Positions 1 through 15,768 of a stretch of 51,850 bases of DNA are shown here, piece by piece (position 1 is the first letter of the stretch; the number at the start of each line of letters is the position of its first letter). Both the position numbers and the translations under genes were made by a program. The stretch comes from an uncultured Candidatus Competibacteraceae bacterium. GTDB lineage: Bacteria > Pseudomonadota > Gammaproteobacteria > Competibacterales > Competibacteraceae. The stretch spans positions 13,556-65,405 of the forward strand of contig CAZTIH010000001.1 of assembly GCA_964613675.1 (NCBI GenBank). Direction: 5' to 3'. Below the pieces are notes generated by a model. The model was not told where the DNA came from, ran no database searches, and saw only the letters and a list, made by a program, of their open reading frames with translations.

Positions 1-84
1 TCGTTACCCCTGCCATTGGTGCCTGAATAAGGGGCAGATCCAGCTTAAATGGGTCACAAAATGACGCCCGTTGTGAACGAAACT

Positions 85-1068
85 TCACTGCCACGGCAAT
101 TCACTGCGTTGTCGCCAATAGGTCGTCGGTGGCTGTGCCAAGGCTTTTAGCGCATTAGCTGCCGTTTCGTCCCAAGCTACCGTCAAAGCGCTGCGGTGAA
201 GTTCCCATTCCGCCAGCGTGACCGCGTTGCTCAACACCAGCGGGCGACTGGGATGATGTAGCGCAGCCGCCAGTGCCAATGCCGTGGGGGAGGTCTGCAA
301 ACGGGTGGCTTGGGCGTCGAGAACCGCCAATGCCGACTCATCGAGTGCTGCATATTCGGGAACTAACCGATTGTTTGCTAAGGGTTCTTGGAGGATGACC
401 GTGAACCCCGTTTCAAAAGCCTTAATCAATACGGCGTCACAAGAGGGGTCGAGGAGATTCCAGGTCGCCATTACGGCATCAAACAGCGGGGTATCTTGAT
501 TTACGCGCAGTCGCATTGCCAGCGCCAAAGTTTCCGCGCTCCGTGGCCCCATCGCCCGCACCCCCAACCGCAACCCTTGTTGTTTCAAGCGCCACAGCTC
601 CCGCAACACCTCGCTGTCGTGTAATACCCCGCTTTCTGGGGTCACGCCTTGAATGCAATACAAATCAATCGGTTCGCGAAGGTAGGCCCGACTTTCCTGC
701 CACTGACGCCGTAACGCGGTCAAGCTGAAGTCGGCGACTTCATGTAACGGAAATTGGCGTTGATATTCCGCAAGATAGGTATAACCCCACTGGCTAATAA
801 CAAATGGACGCTGTTCTTTAGACAGGGCACGTCCCCAACGGCTCACCAACGCTTCTGCGCGCCCGTAAGCCCTAGAGACGCAGACATGTCGTAACCCTGT
901 GCCCGAGAGGTTTTCCAAAAACTGTTCAGTGTGCGCATCGAGGTGGTTTTGATCTTCACAGTGCGCGAGGGTGGTTCCGTGACCCAAGTCAATATGCGCC
1001 AAGCGACCTAAACCCGCGAAATCAAGGCCAAGACAAGGCGGCGTAATGAAAAAACGACGAGATTCCAA
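85..1068 (-). CDS. putative aldo/keto reductase-family oxidoreductase
   Basis: 327-aa ORF. It has AKR-like blocks recalled from the family pattern (SRAYGRAEALV ~ DTAxxYGxSE, IDLYCIQG ~ IDLYxxH, LKQQGLRLGVRAMG, ILQEPLANNRL). No close named homologue recognised. Confidence 0.5.
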   Translation of the reverse strand: MESRRFFITPPCLGLDFAGLGRLAHIDLGHGTTLAHCEDQNHLDAHTEQFLENLSGTGLRHVCVSRAYGRAEALVSRWGRALSKEQRPFVISQWGYTYLAEYQRQFPLHEVADFSLTALRRQWQESRAYLREPIDLYCIQGVTPESGVLHDSEVLRELWRLKQQGLRLGVRAMGPRSAETLALAMRLRVNQDTPLFDAVMATWNLLDPSCDAVLIKAFETGFTVILQEPLANNRLVPEYAALDESALAVLDAQATRLQTSPTALALAAALHHPSRPLVLSNAVTLAEWELHRSALTVAWDETAANALKALAQPPTTYWRQRSELPWQ

Positions 1069-1137
1069 GGCGGTTAACTCCGATTTTGGGCCGAAACATC
1101 GGGAGAATGCGGTCGGGAAAGCCTCAACCGCAACCGG

Positions 1138-2496
1138 CTAAATCGCCTGTGCATGACGGGCCTGACTCTTGGGCAAGTAGTTGTCAAACACCGCCGCCAG
1201 ATTGCGCACGAGCAGTCGTCCCATGGGCCGTAGCTGGAGCTGCTGTGACGAGACCTCAATGAGACCATCCGCCACGAACGGTTCAAGCGCCTTTTCGTAA
1301 TCCGCAAACTGAAGATTTGGCCAACGCGGGTCCGCCCAGTCGAGCTGGTCGTAGCACATGAGATGCGTAATGAAATGCCGACGTTCTATGTCGTCGTCGG
1401 TAAGTTCAAGCCCTTGAAATAGCGGAAGTTTTCCTGCTTGCAGGGCGGCATTGTAATCGGTCACTTCCCGATGATTTTGGGCGTAACACCGTCCCACCGA
1501 CCCAATCGCACTCGCCCCCAAACCGATCAAATCGCAATGGGCATGAGTACTGTACCCCTGAAAATTGCGGGACAAATTACCCGCTTGCTGGGCGCGAAAG
1601 AGTTCATCATCGGGCTTTGCAAAGTGATCCATACCCACAAACCGATAACCCGCAGCGATTAACGGTTCTCGAATGGCTTGCCAAAGATCCCATTTCGCCA
1701 AGGCATCTGGGAGACTGTGAGGATCAAAACGCCGTTGCAATTTGAAGCGTTCGGGCAGGTGCGCGTAACTAAATACGGATAACCGATCGACATCGTATTG
1801 AATTAAAGACTGCACCGTTTGCGTAACGCTTTTGAGGGTTTGGTAGGGAAGCCCGTAAAGAATATCCACACTAACCGATTGAAATTGCTCATTTTTTGCC
1901 GTCTTAATGGTCTGTTCGACGAGGGGGGCGGGCTGTATGCGATTGATGGCCAGTTGCACGGTGGGATCTAAATCTTGGATGCCAAAACTCACCCGATTAA
2001 ACCCTATTTGGCGCAGTTCCCGTAAAAAATGCCCTTCCAAACGACGGGGATCCAGCTCGATGCTGTATTCACCAGGGCGCTGCATATCGAGGTTAAAGTG
2101 CTTTTGTAACTCGTTAAGCGTTCGCGCCAGATTGTCAAGCCCGATAAAACTCGGGGTTCCGCCGCCAAAATGCAGTTGGGTAACGGGGCGTTGACGATCA
2201 AACAAAGCCCCTTGCAACGCAATTTCGCGAAATAGCGCCACGATATACTCATCGCTGTGACGGCGATTGTTGGTAATAATTTTGTTACAACCACAGTAAA
2301 AACAGGCGGTGTCACAAAACGGAATATGGAGGTAAAGGGAAATGGGCTGGTCAGCCGTCCCCAACGCGGCGTGGCGGGCATAATCGTTGGCGGTAAAGCG
2401 CGGGTGAAAATGGGGGGCGGTGGGGTAGGAAGTGTAGCGCGGCACGGGGTAATTATATTTTTCGAGCAACGCAACAGAAATCTGGAGGGCGGCCAT
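1138..2496 (-). CDS. hemN: oxygen-independent coproporphyrinogen III oxidase (radical SAM)
   Basis: 452 aa. It has the N-terminal YPVPRYTSYPTAPHF signature, the radical-SAM box HIPFCDTACFYCGCN and a GGGTPS motif. Confidence 0.9.
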   Translation of the reverse strand: MAALQISVALLEKYNYPVPRYTSYPTAPHFHPRFTANDYARHAALGTADQPISLYLHIPFCDTACFYCGCNKIITNNRRHSDEYIVALFREIALQGALFDRQRPVTQLHFGGGTPSFIGLDNLARTLNELQKHFNLDMQRPGEYSIELDPRRLEGHFLRELRQIGFNRVSFGIQDLDPTVQLAINRIQPAPLVEQTIKTAKNEQFQSVSVDILYGLPYQTLKSVTQTVQSLIQYDVDRLSVFSYAHLPERFKLQRRFDPHSLPDALAKWDLWQAIREPLIAAGYRFVGMDHFAKPDDELFRAQQAGNLSRNFQGYSTHAHCDLIGLGASAIGSVGRCYAQNHREVTDYNAALQAGKLPLFQGLELTDDDIERRHFITHLMCYDQLDWADPRWPNLQFADYEKALEPFVADGLIEVSSQQLQLRPMGRLLVRNLAAVFDNYLPKSQARHAQAI

Positions 2497-2599
2497 TGCG
2501 GTTTTCTCCGAGGTGACGAGAACGAGGGTCGCAATTTAGCGTGTTTTTTCTGCGAGATTTTGTTTTACATCAGATTTTTAGTTGCTTAGGAAAACCGTA

Positions 2600-3472
2600 A
2601 TGCCCATCTCTTCTCTAGCTACCCTAACTGCGCTCGCATTATTGGCGTTCGCGGGGAATTCTCTACTCTGTAGATTGGCGCTTCAGAACACTGATATTGA
2701 TGCCGCCAGTTTTACGACGATTCGCTTACTGTCTGGTGCCGTGGTTCTGTGGCTTATCGTGAAACGATTTCGTCAATCCCAACACGGACGCGGAAACTGG
2801 GGATCGGCGGTTGCTTTATTTATTTACGCAGCGGGTTTTTCGTTTGCTTACTTGAGTTTAACGGCGGCGACCGGGGCATTACTACTCTTTGGTGCCGTAT
2901 AAATCACGATGATGACCTACGGGCTATGGCGAGGAGAACGGTTTAATCAACAGCAGTTAATGGGATTTTGCCTAGCATTTGGCGGATTAATTGGTCTGTT
3001 GCTTCCTGGACTTTCTGCCCCTCCATTATTCGGGGCGCTTCTGATGATGGTCGCAGGCGGGGCGTGGGGAGCTTACACCTTACGCGGCAAGGGGGCGGGC
3101 GATCCTACCTGTGTGACGGCGGGGAATTTTTTGCGGGCCAGTCTCTTAACGCTGGGGCTCAGCTTCGTTGCCACCCTATTTGCAGACATCCATTTAGACC
3201 CCTTCGGAATTCTGTACGCCATTGCATCGGGGGCCATCGCTTTCGGACTGGGGTACGCCATTTGGTACACCGCGCTCCCCCACCTCAAAGCCACTCACGC
3301 GGCAACATTACAATTAAGCGTCCCCGTTATCACCGCAGCAGGTGGAATAATTTTCTTAAATGAATCATTGACTTGGCGTTTTGGACTGACCTCAATAGCA
3401 ATTTTGGGTGGAATTGCACTGGTTATTTGGCAACCGTTACGCATCCCTTCAACCAATACGCGCTCCCCCTAA
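2600..3472 (+). pseudogene. DMT/EamA-family transporter interrupted by a single in-frame TAA at 2900..2902
   Basis: Track ORFs 2582..2902 and 2909..3472 are in the same frame (both start coordinates are 2 mod 3). The read-through peptide is ...GALLLFGAV*ITMMTYGLWRGER..., a continuous hydrophobic EamA helix in which family members, as I recall, carry Q (CAA) at this position. The likely start is ATG 2600, preceded by AGGAAA. Confidence 0.65.
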
Positions 3473-3957
3473 ACTCCCCACAATAATACGGTTGCCATCG
3501 CAGCAATTCCCTCAGAACGCCCTAAAGCCCCCAACTTCTCTGTAGTTGTTGCTTTAATATTGATCGTTTCAGCTGTTAAACCGAGGTCTTGCGCGATGGT
3601 TGCCCGCATTGCCAGACGATAGGGCATAACTTTGGGCGCTTGACAGATAATGGTCAGATCAACATTCAGAATCTGCCAACGGTATTCTGAGATTTTACTA
3701 GCCACCATCCGTAGCAGTTGGCGACTGTCGATACCTTTGAACGCTTCGTTTGTATCGGGAAAATGCAACCCAATATCGCCAAGCGCGGCTGCCCCAAGGA
3801 GGGCATCACACAGGGCATGTAGCGCTACATCTCCGTCTGAATGCGCGATAAGTCCTTGATGATGAGGGATTTTTACCCCTCCCAAAACGACTTCGGTACC
3901 TGGGCCAAACGCATGGACATCGAATCCCTGTCCAACGCGCATTTTAGGAAGTGCCAT
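3469..3957 (-). CDS. ispF: 2-C-methyl-D-erythritol 2,4-cyclodiphosphate synthase
   Basis: 162 aa. It has [11 protein letters not shown] and [11 protein letters not shown] motifs. It sits immediately downstream of ispD, overlapping it by 14 bp. Confidence 0.95.
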   Translation of the reverse strand: MALPKMRVGQGFDVHAFGPGTEVVLGGVKIPHHQGLIAHSDGDVALHALCDALLGAAALGDIGLHFPDTNEAFKGIDSRQLLRMVASKISEYRWQILNVDLTIICQAPKVMPYRLAMRATIAQDLGLTAETINIKATTTEKLGALGRSEGIAAMATVLLWGV

Positions 3958-4656
3958 CGAGATGCTGCTCCATCATCAGAATTTGCGTGGCCAAGGCCAA
4001 ATCCTCGGCGTACGTCATTTTTATATTTAACCAACTTCCATTGACCAAACGGGGTTGCAAACCCAATGCAGCCACGGCCTCTGACTCATCAGCGACGATT
4101 TGTCGTGCTGTTTTTGCCACCTGCAAAGCCTGTAACAAAACGGAAACTGCAAAAAGTTGAGGCGTTTGGGCGTGCCATAGCGAGGCGCGTTCAATATGCC
4201 CAGTAACGCGATGACTAACGCTCTTTTTTAGTGCATCTCTGACAGGAACCGCCAACAATCCCCCGGCGGGATCGGGTAACGCCAAGTCGATGAGCTGTTG
4301 CAAATTATTCTTTTGAATCAATGGTCTGGCCGCATCGTGAACTAACACATGGGTCGCTCCAAGTTTTTCCGCAGCAAATAGCACACCGTCGCGCACCGAA
4401 TCCATGCGTTCTGCGCCCTGAGTGACCACCCAATGCACAGGTTTAATGCGGTTCCAAGCGTGCTTGTCCCACCAATGATCGGGGTCACTACGCACGATGA
4501 CGGCCCCTTGCACGGCGCTCGGTTGCAAAATTCGCTCGACGCTGTGATCCAAGACCGTTTTGTCCCCAAGCATTTGATATTGCTTAGGAATTTCGCCGCC
4601 AAATCGCTGACCTCGCCCTGCCGCCGGAATCACCGCCCAGAGTGCCGTTTCAGCAT

Positions 4657-4660
<4 letters not shown>
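3944..4660 (-). CDS. ispD: 2-C-methyl-D-erythritol 4-phosphate cytidylyltransferase
   Basis: 238 aa. It has the [13 protein letters not shown] nucleotide-binding motif and sits in the conserved ftsB-ispD-ispF order. Confidence 0.9.
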
Positions 4661-6347
<1,687 letters not shown>

Positions 6348-6365
6348 TTATAGGAGAAACGGCGC

Positions 6366-9388
<3,023 letters not shown>

Positions 9389-9414
9389 AAAATGCTAATC
9401 TAAATGCTTAATTG

Positions 9415-10377
9415 TTAGGGAGTTGCCGTTTCAAAAATCCCGTAACTCAGCAGCCTATTTTGTCGTTCACTCAAGAGGGTTTCGAGGGATAATGCTCTGA
9501 GGGTAGCAAGATGTTTTAGCAAAGCGATTTTGAGCCGTTCAGCCATCTGATCGGGATGACGATGGGCACCGCCAAGAGGTTCGGTCACGATTTCGTCAAT
9601 CAACTTGAGTTTTTCCAAGCGATCGGCGGTTATCCCCATGGCTTCGGCAGCATCAGCGGCTTTATTGGCACTTTTCCACAAGATAGAAGCACAGCCTTCC
9701 GGTGAAATAACGGAATAAGTGCTGTAAGTCAGCATCAAAACGCGGTCGCCAACGCCAATCGCCAACGCTCCGCCTGAGCCGCCTTCGCCAATCACTGTGC
9801 AGATGATCGGGATTTTCAACTGCGACATCATCAATAAATTACGCGCAATTGCCTCGCTTTGGCCGCGCTCCTCGGCACCGATGCCCGGATAAGCGCCTGG
9901 AGTGTCGATAAAGGTGAATAAAGGCAAATTGAACCTTTCGGCTAACTGCATGATGCGTAAAGCTTTACGGTAGCCTTCGGGACGTGGCATCCCAAAATTA
10001 CGGATCAATTTTTCCTTAGTGTCGCGCCCTTTCTGATGGCCAATAACCGCAACGGGTTGATCGTCTAATCTGGCCAATCCCCCAACGATAGCCGCGTCGT
10101 CGCTGTAGGCGCGGTCGCCGTGCAACTCGGTAAAATCGGTGAAAATCATCGATAGATAATCGAGGGTGTAGGGGCGCTGAGGATGGCGAGCCATTTGCGC
10201 GGTTTGCCAGGGCGTTAAATCAGAAAAAATACTGGTGGTGAGCGCTTGACTTTTGGCTTCCAAATTAGCCATTTCTTCGGCGATGTTAATATCTTCGTCG
10301 TCACAAAATTTGCGTAATTCGCTTAATTTAGCCTCTAATTCGGCGATGGGCTTTTCAAAATCTAAATATTTTTGCAT
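9415..10377 (-). CDS. accA: acetyl-CoA carboxylase carboxyltransferase subunit alpha
   Basis: 320 aa. It has the [15 protein letters not shown]-terminus and [10 protein letters not shown] motif typical of AccA. Confidence 0.95.
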   Translation of the reverse strand: MQKYLDFEKPIAELEAKLSELRKFCDDEDINIAEEMANLEAKSQALTTSIFSDLTPWQTAQMARHPQRPYTLDYLSMIFTDFTELHGDRAYSDDAAIVGGLARLDDQPVAVIGHQKGRDTKEKLIRNFGMPRPEGYRKALRIMQLAERFNLPLFTFIDTPGAYPGIGAEERGQSEAIARNLLMMSQLKIPIICTVIGEGGSGGALAIGVGDRVLMLTYSTYSVISPEGCASILWKSANKAADAAEAMGITADRLEKLKLIDEIVTEPLGGAHRHPDQMAERLKIALLKHLATLRALSLETLLSERQNRLLSYGIFETATP

Positions 10378-10398
10378 AACTGAATCTCAGGAAGAACC

Positions 10399-10587
10399 AT
10401 GCGCTTTATTTTATGGTTAATTATATTCACGGGCGCGATAATTTTTATTCCCCCGTTAAGGCAAATGTTAAGGCTGTTGATCGGCGAAGCGCGCCTAGAG
10501 TTTTTGCGCATAGCGTTTTGGGTCGCCATCGCACTGTACTTCGCCTTTGCTTTGTGGATCACGCCGTGGGAACGATTTTTTGGATAG
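10399..10587 (+). CDS. possible small two-TM membrane protein (hypothetical)
   Basis: 62-aa ORF, strongly hydrophobic (ILWLIIFTGAIIFIPP, IAFWVAIALYFAFALWI). AGGAAG lies 4 nt upstream of the ATG. It sits in an otherwise empty accA-tRNA spacer. No family recognised. Confidence 0.3.
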   Translation: MRFILWLIIFTGAIIFIPPLRQMLRLLIGEARLEFLRIAFWVAIALYFAFALWITPWERFFG

Positions 10588-10624
10588 TTCTGCTTCGCGG
10601 TTTGAGCAGATTTTTTGAAGTTCA

Positions 10625-10698
10625 CGCGCCCGGCGGGACTCGAACCCACGACCTTCAGCTTCGGAGGCTGACACTCTATCCAACTGAGCTACGGGCGC
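10625..10698 (-). tRNA. tRNA-Arg (anticodon CCG)
   Basis: The reverse complement reads GCGCCCGTAGCTCAGTTGGATAGAGTGTCAGCCTCCGAAGCTGAAGGTCGTGGGTTCGAGTCCCGCCGGGCGCG. It folds by hand into a 7/4/5/5 cloverleaf with a CT-CCG-AA anticodon loop and GGTTCGAGTCC T-arm. CCA is not encoded. Confidence 0.9.
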
Positions 10699-10766
10699 AA
10701 TTTTTTTGAGCCGCTCACGATACAAACTCGCTCAGCGGTTGTCCAGTCAATCTAAGCGCTATTTGG

Positions 10767-11273
10767 TTATTTCGACAACTTTACGGTGTACCCCGGTTGA
10801 TTGTTCGGATGAGACTGATTGACGAAAACCGAACGATCATTTTTTAAGGCGATGACTTCAAAAAAGGGCGCAAAACGACTTTCTGAAACCCCGAATTGTT
10901 GCATAAAGTGGTTGAAAAGCTGCTGTTCGGCAGGATCGGCCTTTCCATCAGATAGCAAAGAATCGAGCAAATTGGTCAGAATGCACATCTTCTGCGCATC
11001 TGTTAAAAAATTTCCGCTAATCTCTTTTAAGAACTGATCGGGCGCATGAGAACGCACATATCGAATCGCCCTATCGAGTAATTTCTTGTTATTCGCACCC
11101 ACTCCAATTGTGCCTCCCTGAGATTCGCCTCCCAGAACGGAGAGCAGATGCCCAACTTCCTCGTTATCAATCTGCCCATCGGCCCCCATCATGTAGATGA
11201 GAGAGATTGCAAATGCCAAGTGCGGTGTCATTTCTTCTTCAGAATCACCGCGAAACATATCGAATAAACCCAT
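10767..11273 (-). CDS. TerB-like (tellurite-resistance TerB family) protein
   Basis: 168 aa. It has two helical repeats with DGxxDxxE-type motifs (MMGADGQIDNEEVGHLL, LLSDGKADPAEQQLF) typical of TerB-fold proteins. Confidence 0.5.
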   Translation of the reverse strand: MGLFDMFRGDSEEEMTPHLAFAISLIYMMGADGQIDNEEVGHLLSVLGGESQGGTIGVGANNKKLLDRAIRYVRSHAPDQFLKEISGNFLTDAQKMCILTNLLDSLLSDGKADPAEQQLFNHFMQQFGVSESRFAPFFEVIALKNDRSVFVNQSHPNNQPGYTVKLSK

Positions 11274-11275
11274 TT

Positions 11276-12646
11276 TTAACTCTCTGATTGTGTTGAAGAA
11301 ATTAAAATTCGACCTATACCACTGTACTCAAATCCTTCTGTCTTCATCTGTCGCGGACTGTACTGATTGCGGCCATCGAAAATAATGGCGTGCTTTAAGA
11401 GTTTTTTCATGGCCTTAAAATCCGGATGACGAAATTGCTTCCATTCCGTGACTAAAATCAGCGCATCTGCATTCTGTAACGCATCGTATTGATGATCTGC
11501 AAAACGAATCTGACCGTTCTGCTGCCAACTTTGGGGGAAGTGCTGGGTTGCCCCCTCCATTGCAATCGGATCATAAGCACAGACCGAAGCTCCTGCCTTA
11601 ACCAATTGATTAATCAGAACAATTGAAGAGGCTTCACGTAAATCATCTGTTCCGGGCTTGAAAGCCAGGCCCCAAACGGCGAAGTGGTACCCCTGTAAGT
11701 TGGGGCCAAATCTTTCCGTTACCTTTTCAAATAATCGCTGCTTTTGGGCTGCGTTGCGCGTTTCGACAGCCTCTAAGACTGTAGGCGAAAGTTGGTGAGA
11801 ATGTGCCATGTAAATCAAGGCCTTAACATCTTTTGGAAAGCATGAGCCTCCATAGCCACAGCCAGGATAAATAAATGAATAGCCGATACGTGAATCCGAG
11901 CCAATTCCAATACGCACATTCTCAACATCAACGCCCATCGCCTCGCAAAGACAAGCGATTTCATTCATAAATGAAATTTTTGTGGCCAACATGGCATTCG
12001 CCGCGTATTTGGTCAGTTCTGCGTCCTTGACCCCCATAAAAATCACTCGCTGATGGCTACGATTAAAGGGCGCATACAGCTCTTGCATCAAATCCCGCGC
12101 CCACTCCGCATCAGCACCGACGACAACGCGATCTGGCCGCATAAAATCTTCAATGGCCGCCCCTTCTTTTAAGAACTCTGGGTTACTGACCACCGCAATC
12201 TCAACTTCTGCTTGACGACGCTGCAATTCATCCAAAACCACCCGCTTGACCTGCGCCGCTGTTCCGACAGGGACCGTGGACTTGTTGACGATGAGGGCGC
12301 GTGACTGACGTAAGTACCTGCCTATTTCCTTAGCAACGGCCAACACATACTGCAAATCCGCCCTGCCATTCTCGCCGGGTGGCGTACCTACCGCGATGAA
12401 ATAACCATCTATATCGCCCAGTTCGAGAACCTGTTGCAGACTTGTCGAGAAAGACAATCGACCCGCACGAGCATTGGAATTTACCATCTGCTCCAGACCA
12501 GGTTCATAAATTGGCATAATGCCTTTCTCTAACTGGGTAATTTTATTCTGATCGTGATCTATACAAATCACTTGATTTCCCATTTCGGCAAAACACGCTC
12601 CCGTGACCAACCCAACGTAACCGGTGCCGACGATTGCTAATTTCAT
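11276..12646 (-). CDS. ugd: UDP-glucose 6-dehydrogenase
   Basis: 456 aa. It has the N-terminal Rossmann motif [16 protein letters not shown] and the catalytic [10 protein letters not shown] motif. Confidence 0.9.
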   Translation of the reverse strand: MKLAIVGTGYVGLVTGACFAEMGNQVICIDHDQNKITQLEKGIMPIYEPGLEQMVNSNARAGRLSFSTSLQQVLELGDIDGYFIAVGTPPGENGRADLQYVLAVAKEIGRYLRQSRALIVNKSTVPVGTAAQVKRVVLDELQRRQAEVEIAVVSNPEFLKEGAAIEDFMRPDRVVVGADAEWARDLMQELYAPFNRSHQRVIFMGVKDAELTKYAANAMLATKISFMNEIACLCEAMGVDVENVRIGIGSDSRIGYSFIYPGCGYGGSCFPKDVKALIYMAHSHQLSPTVLEAVETRNAAQKQRLFEKVTERFGPNLQGYHFAVWGLAFKPGTDDLREASSIVLINQLVKAGASVCAYDPIAMEGATQHFPQSWQQNGQIRFADHQYDALQNADALILVTEWKQFRHPDFKAMKKLLKHAIIFDGRNQYSPRQMKTEGFEYSGIGRILISSTQSES

Positions 12647-13269
12647 TCACTTTCTCCGTGGGGTGCTTCGCCCCAACGCGGTAATAGATGGTGGTTGACT
12701 TGCAGATGGTCGAGAATTCGCGCAACGACGAAATCGACTACCTCCGCAATTGATTGGGGACGATGATAAAATCCGGGACTGGCCGGTAAAATAACGACGC
12801 CCAAACGCGCTAATTTGAGCATATTTTCGAGATGAATCGGCGAAAAAGGAGCTTCTCTTGGAACGATAATCAAGGGACTGTGTTCTTTAATCGCTACATC
12901 TGCCGCCCGTTCTATCAGATTATCGCTTAATCCATGTGCGATTGCCGCCAAAGTCCCCATACTACAGGGGCAAACCACCATCGCCCGACCTCTTGCAGAT
13001 CCACTTGCTGGCGGTGCCGTCCATTGTTCTGCGCCATAAACAGTCAACTGTCCTGAATCTCCCCCGCAGTGATCGCTCAGAATTTTAGTGGTCTGTTTTG
13101 GATTGGCCGATAGTTTCAAATCGGTCTCCTCACTCAACACCAATAAGCCCGCCTTAGAAATAATGACTTCTACAGATTCATTGGCCTGTAAGAGACATTG
13201 CAGAAGCCGCAACCCATATTGCGCGCCGGAGGCCCCTGTGAAGGCTAAAATGACGGGCGCTTTTTTCAT
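12643..13269 (-). CDS. ubiX: flavin prenyltransferase UbiX
   Basis: 208 aa. It has [32 protein letters not shown] and PGFYHRPQS motifs, as in UbiX. Confidence 0.9.
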   Translation of the reverse strand: MKKAPVILAFTGASGAQYGLRLLQCLLQANESVEVIISKAGLLVLSEETDLKLSANPKQTTKILSDHCGGDSGQLTVYGAEQWTAPPASGSARGRAMVVCPCSMGTLAAIAHGLSDNLIERAADVAIKEHSPLIIVPREAPFSPIHLENMLKLARLGVVILPASPGFYHRPQSIAEVVDFVVARILDHLQVNHHLLPRWGEAPHGESE

Positions 13270-14615
13270 GTAGTCTCAAGGGCTGTTAGGAGTTGTTCAT
13301 AGATACCGCCAAATCCCCCATTGCTCATGATCAGAATAGCGTCATGTGGCGTCGCGAATTGGCAAATACGGGAGATAAGTTCGCTAATGGAGTGGCTAAT
13401 TTCACCGTTGATATGAGGCGTTTCTAAAATGCTATCGAGTGCCCAAGGTAGATCACTCACTTGGTATAAAAAAACATAATCTGCACCGCTTAATGCAGGG
13501 CCTAATTCATGGCGAAAATGCCCCATTTTCATGGTATTAGAACGAGGCTCTAAAACCGCAATTAAACGCCCTTTGACCCTGGGTTTTAAGGCGCTAATCG
13601 TCGCGCTAATGGCAGTGGGATGGTGGGCAAAATCATCATACACAGCAATTTCATTTTTTATCCCTAAAAGTTCTAACCGTCGCTTAACATTGCGAAAATG
13701 TTTAAGTGCCTCACAAGCAATTGATGGCTTAACCCCAATGGCATGAGCTGCGGCTATCGCCCCTAAAGCATTGTTTACATTGTGATTTCCAAGCAATGAC
13801 CAATGAACTTCCCCCACCTGCTTGTTCTGATAATGAACTGAAAACCGTTGCCCATCTTGTTTGGTATTGATTGCTTGCCAGTCTGCCCCAACCGTTTCGG
13901 TAGGGGTCCAACAGCCCATTTTAAGGGTATTAATAAGGGCATCGTCATTCACAGGATAAATAATTCGACCTTTTGCAGGGACAGTGCGAATTACATGGTG
14001 AAATTGAGTTTGAATTGCGTTTAAATCGGGATAAATATCACCATGATCAAATTCTAAATTATTTAATAATAAAACGCGCGGTCGATAATGAATAAACTTG
14101 GCGCGTTTATCGAAAAACGCACTGTCGTATTCATCTGCCTCTAAAACAAAATAATGACTGTTTCCCAAACGCGCTGAAACGCCAAAATTCTCTGGGATTC
14201 CACCGATCAGAAAACCAGGTGCTAACTCGGCATAGTCCAGAATATAGGTCAGCAAACTCGAAGTCGTCGTTTTACCGTGGGTTCCTGCCACCGCCAGTAC
14301 GGTTTTTTTGGGTAACACAAAGTCTGCAAGCCATTGAGGCCCCGATAGATAAGGTAAACCGTCGTTCAGAAGTCGCTCTATGACGGGCAATCCGCGCCGC
14401 ATAGCATTGCCGACAATGAAACAATCGGCGTTGAACGTATCGAGTTGGGTTGCATCGTAACCCTCGTGTAGCTCAATTCCCGCCGCAGCTAATTGGGTAC
14501 TCATCGGTGGGTAAATCGCTTGATCGCAACCGCTAATCTGATGTCCTTGTTCACGGGCTAGAAGCGCCAGCCCCGCCATAAATGTTCCGCCAATACCGAG
14601 AATGTGAAAATGCAC
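13266..14615 (-). CDS. mpl: UDP-N-acetylmuramate:L-alanyl-gamma-D-glutamyl-meso-diaminopimelate ligase
   Basis: 449 aa. It has the Mur-ligase N-terminus [17 protein letters not shown] and P-loop AGTHGKTTT. Confidence 0.9.
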   Translation of the reverse strand: MHFHILGIGGTFMAGLALLAREQGHQISGCDQAIYPPMSTQLAAAGIELHEGYDATQLDTFNADCFIVGNAMRRGLPVIERLLNDGLPYLSGPQWLADFVLPKKTVLAVAGTHGKTTTSSLLTYILDYAELAPGFLIGGIPENFGVSARLGNSHYFVLEADEYDSAFFDKRAKFIHYRPRVLLLNNLEFDHGDIYPDLNAIQTQFHHVIRTVPAKGRIIYPVNDDALINTLKMGCWTPTETVGADWQAINTKQDGQRFSVHYQNKQVGEVHWSLLGNHNVNNALGAIAAAHAIGVKPSIACEALKHFRNVKRRLELLGIKNEIAVYDDFAHHPTAISATISALKPRVKGRLIAVLEPRSNTMKMGHFRHELGPALSGADYVFLYQVSDLPWALDSILETPHINGEISHSISELISRICQFATPHDAILIMSNGGFGGIYEQLLTALETT

Positions 14616-14618
14616 GTG

Positions 14619-15464
14619 CTAATCCTGTTCAGAATCTGAAGTGTGGAATAACTGCAAAATTGCAGTGCGATCAAATACATAGTCAAAGCCACAGAACTCA
14701 CAAGTTATGGAAACTTGCCCTCGTTCATCAAGTAATGTCTGTAACTCTGCTTGTCCTAGGCTCAAAATCATATTTTGCGTTCGCTCTAAAGAACAATTGC
14801 AGTGAAAATGCAGTGGCTGAGGTTCAAATATCCGCAAGTCATCTTGAGGAAATAGTTGACTTAACAAAAAGTTAGGGTGATCAAAAAGTTGATCGGGTAA
14901 TGCCGCTAGAACTGCTGCTGCATAAGTTTCCCAAGAAACCAACGCTTCACTCGGCAATTTTTGTAACAAAATACCCACGACATCCTCTTGCGTACTGTGC
15001 AGTTTCAAAACAGTCGGTAATTGTTCTGAATGGGCAAAATAATCTGCGACAGCCATCCCCAAATTTGGCGATTTTATCTCAACTAAACCTTGGTACTGCT
15101 CAAAATTCCTACCTAAATCAATGGTGATCACTAGCCTTGCTGCTTCTCCCGCTAAACAGCGCAAATCCTCTGTTTGGGGAATGCTATTTCGCCAACGAGC
15201 GAGACCGCGTAAGCCTTTGTTTGCTTGATTTTGTGCAATTAATAAAGGGACAGCACCTTCTCCCTGAAGCTGTAAACTCAAGGTTCCTTCAAACTTAATC
15301 GTCGATCCCAACAACGCGACCGCCCCTAGAGATTCTCCCAATAGATGCGCTACTTCAGGGGGGTAATGTCGTCGTTTCAGAACCTCTTGCCACGTATCTT
15401 GCAGTCGCACCACTGCACCTCGTATGGGCAGATGTTCAAATAAAAAGGGCAATAACTGATTCAC
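14619..15464 (-). CDS. hslO: redox-regulated chaperone Hsp33
   Basis: 281 aa. It has the C-terminal zinc centre CNCS...CEFCG. Confidence 0.9.
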   Translation of the reverse strand: MNQLLPFLFEHLPIRGAVVRLQDTWQEVLKRRHYPPEVAHLLGESLGAVALLGSTIKFEGTLSLQLQGEGAVPLLIAQNQANKGLRGLARWRNSIPQTEDLRCLAGEAARLVITIDLGRNFEQYQGLVEIKSPNLGMAVADYFAHSEQLPTVLKLHSTQEDVVGILLQKLPSEALVSWETYAAAVLAALPDQLFDHPNFLLSQLFPQDDLRIFEPQPLHFHCNCSLERTQNMILSLGQAELQTLLDERGQVSITCEFCGFDYVFDRTAILQLFHTSDSEQD

Positions 15465-15480
15465 AGTTTTTCCTTAAAAT

Positions 15481-15708
15481 TTAATTTTTTTCAATTAAAA
15501 ACAATAACTTATTATCATTTTTTTCAAGTGATAGCAGCGTGAACTTTCCAGCTTCTGAATAAGCCGAGAAATCTTTTTCGGCCCCCGGATCTGTCGCTGT
15601 AACTAACAATTTTTGCCCACTTTCCAGTGCAGCGAGCGCCCGCTTGAGTCGTAATAAAGGTAGGGGGCAAATTAACCCCGAAGTATCGAGTTCCAACCAA
15701 TCGCTCAC
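15481..15708 (-). CDS. tusA: TusA-family sulfurtransferase
   Basis: 75 aa. It has the LDTSGLICPLPLLRLKRAL active-site Cys motif. Confidence 0.8.
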   Translation of the reverse strand: MSDWLELDTSGLICPLPLLRLKRALAALESGQKLLVTATDPGAEKDFSAYSEAGKFTLLSLEKNDNKLLFLIEKN

Positions 15709-15768
15709 GATGAATTAACCTATGCAGTGTTAGCCTGCCTTAAATGCTAACTCAGAGAGGGGCAAAAA

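Noticed and set aside
2004-2589. 176-aa (-) and 110-aa (+) ORFs overlapping hemN
   Set aside because: These are alternative-frame and antisense shadow ORFs inside a confidently identified full-length hemN. Their Pro/Arg/Gly-rich translations are typical of off-frame reading of GC-rich coding DNA. The same reasoning applies to the other internal or antisense track ORFs in parC, gyrB, the transglutaminase gene, the ATP-grasp gene and others.
10362-10725. ORFs 10362..10649 (-), 10413..10709 (+) and 10495..10725 (-)
   Set aside because: All three overlap the tRNA-Arg gene and its flanks. They have no RBS or family signal. The tRNA explains the conserved sequence.
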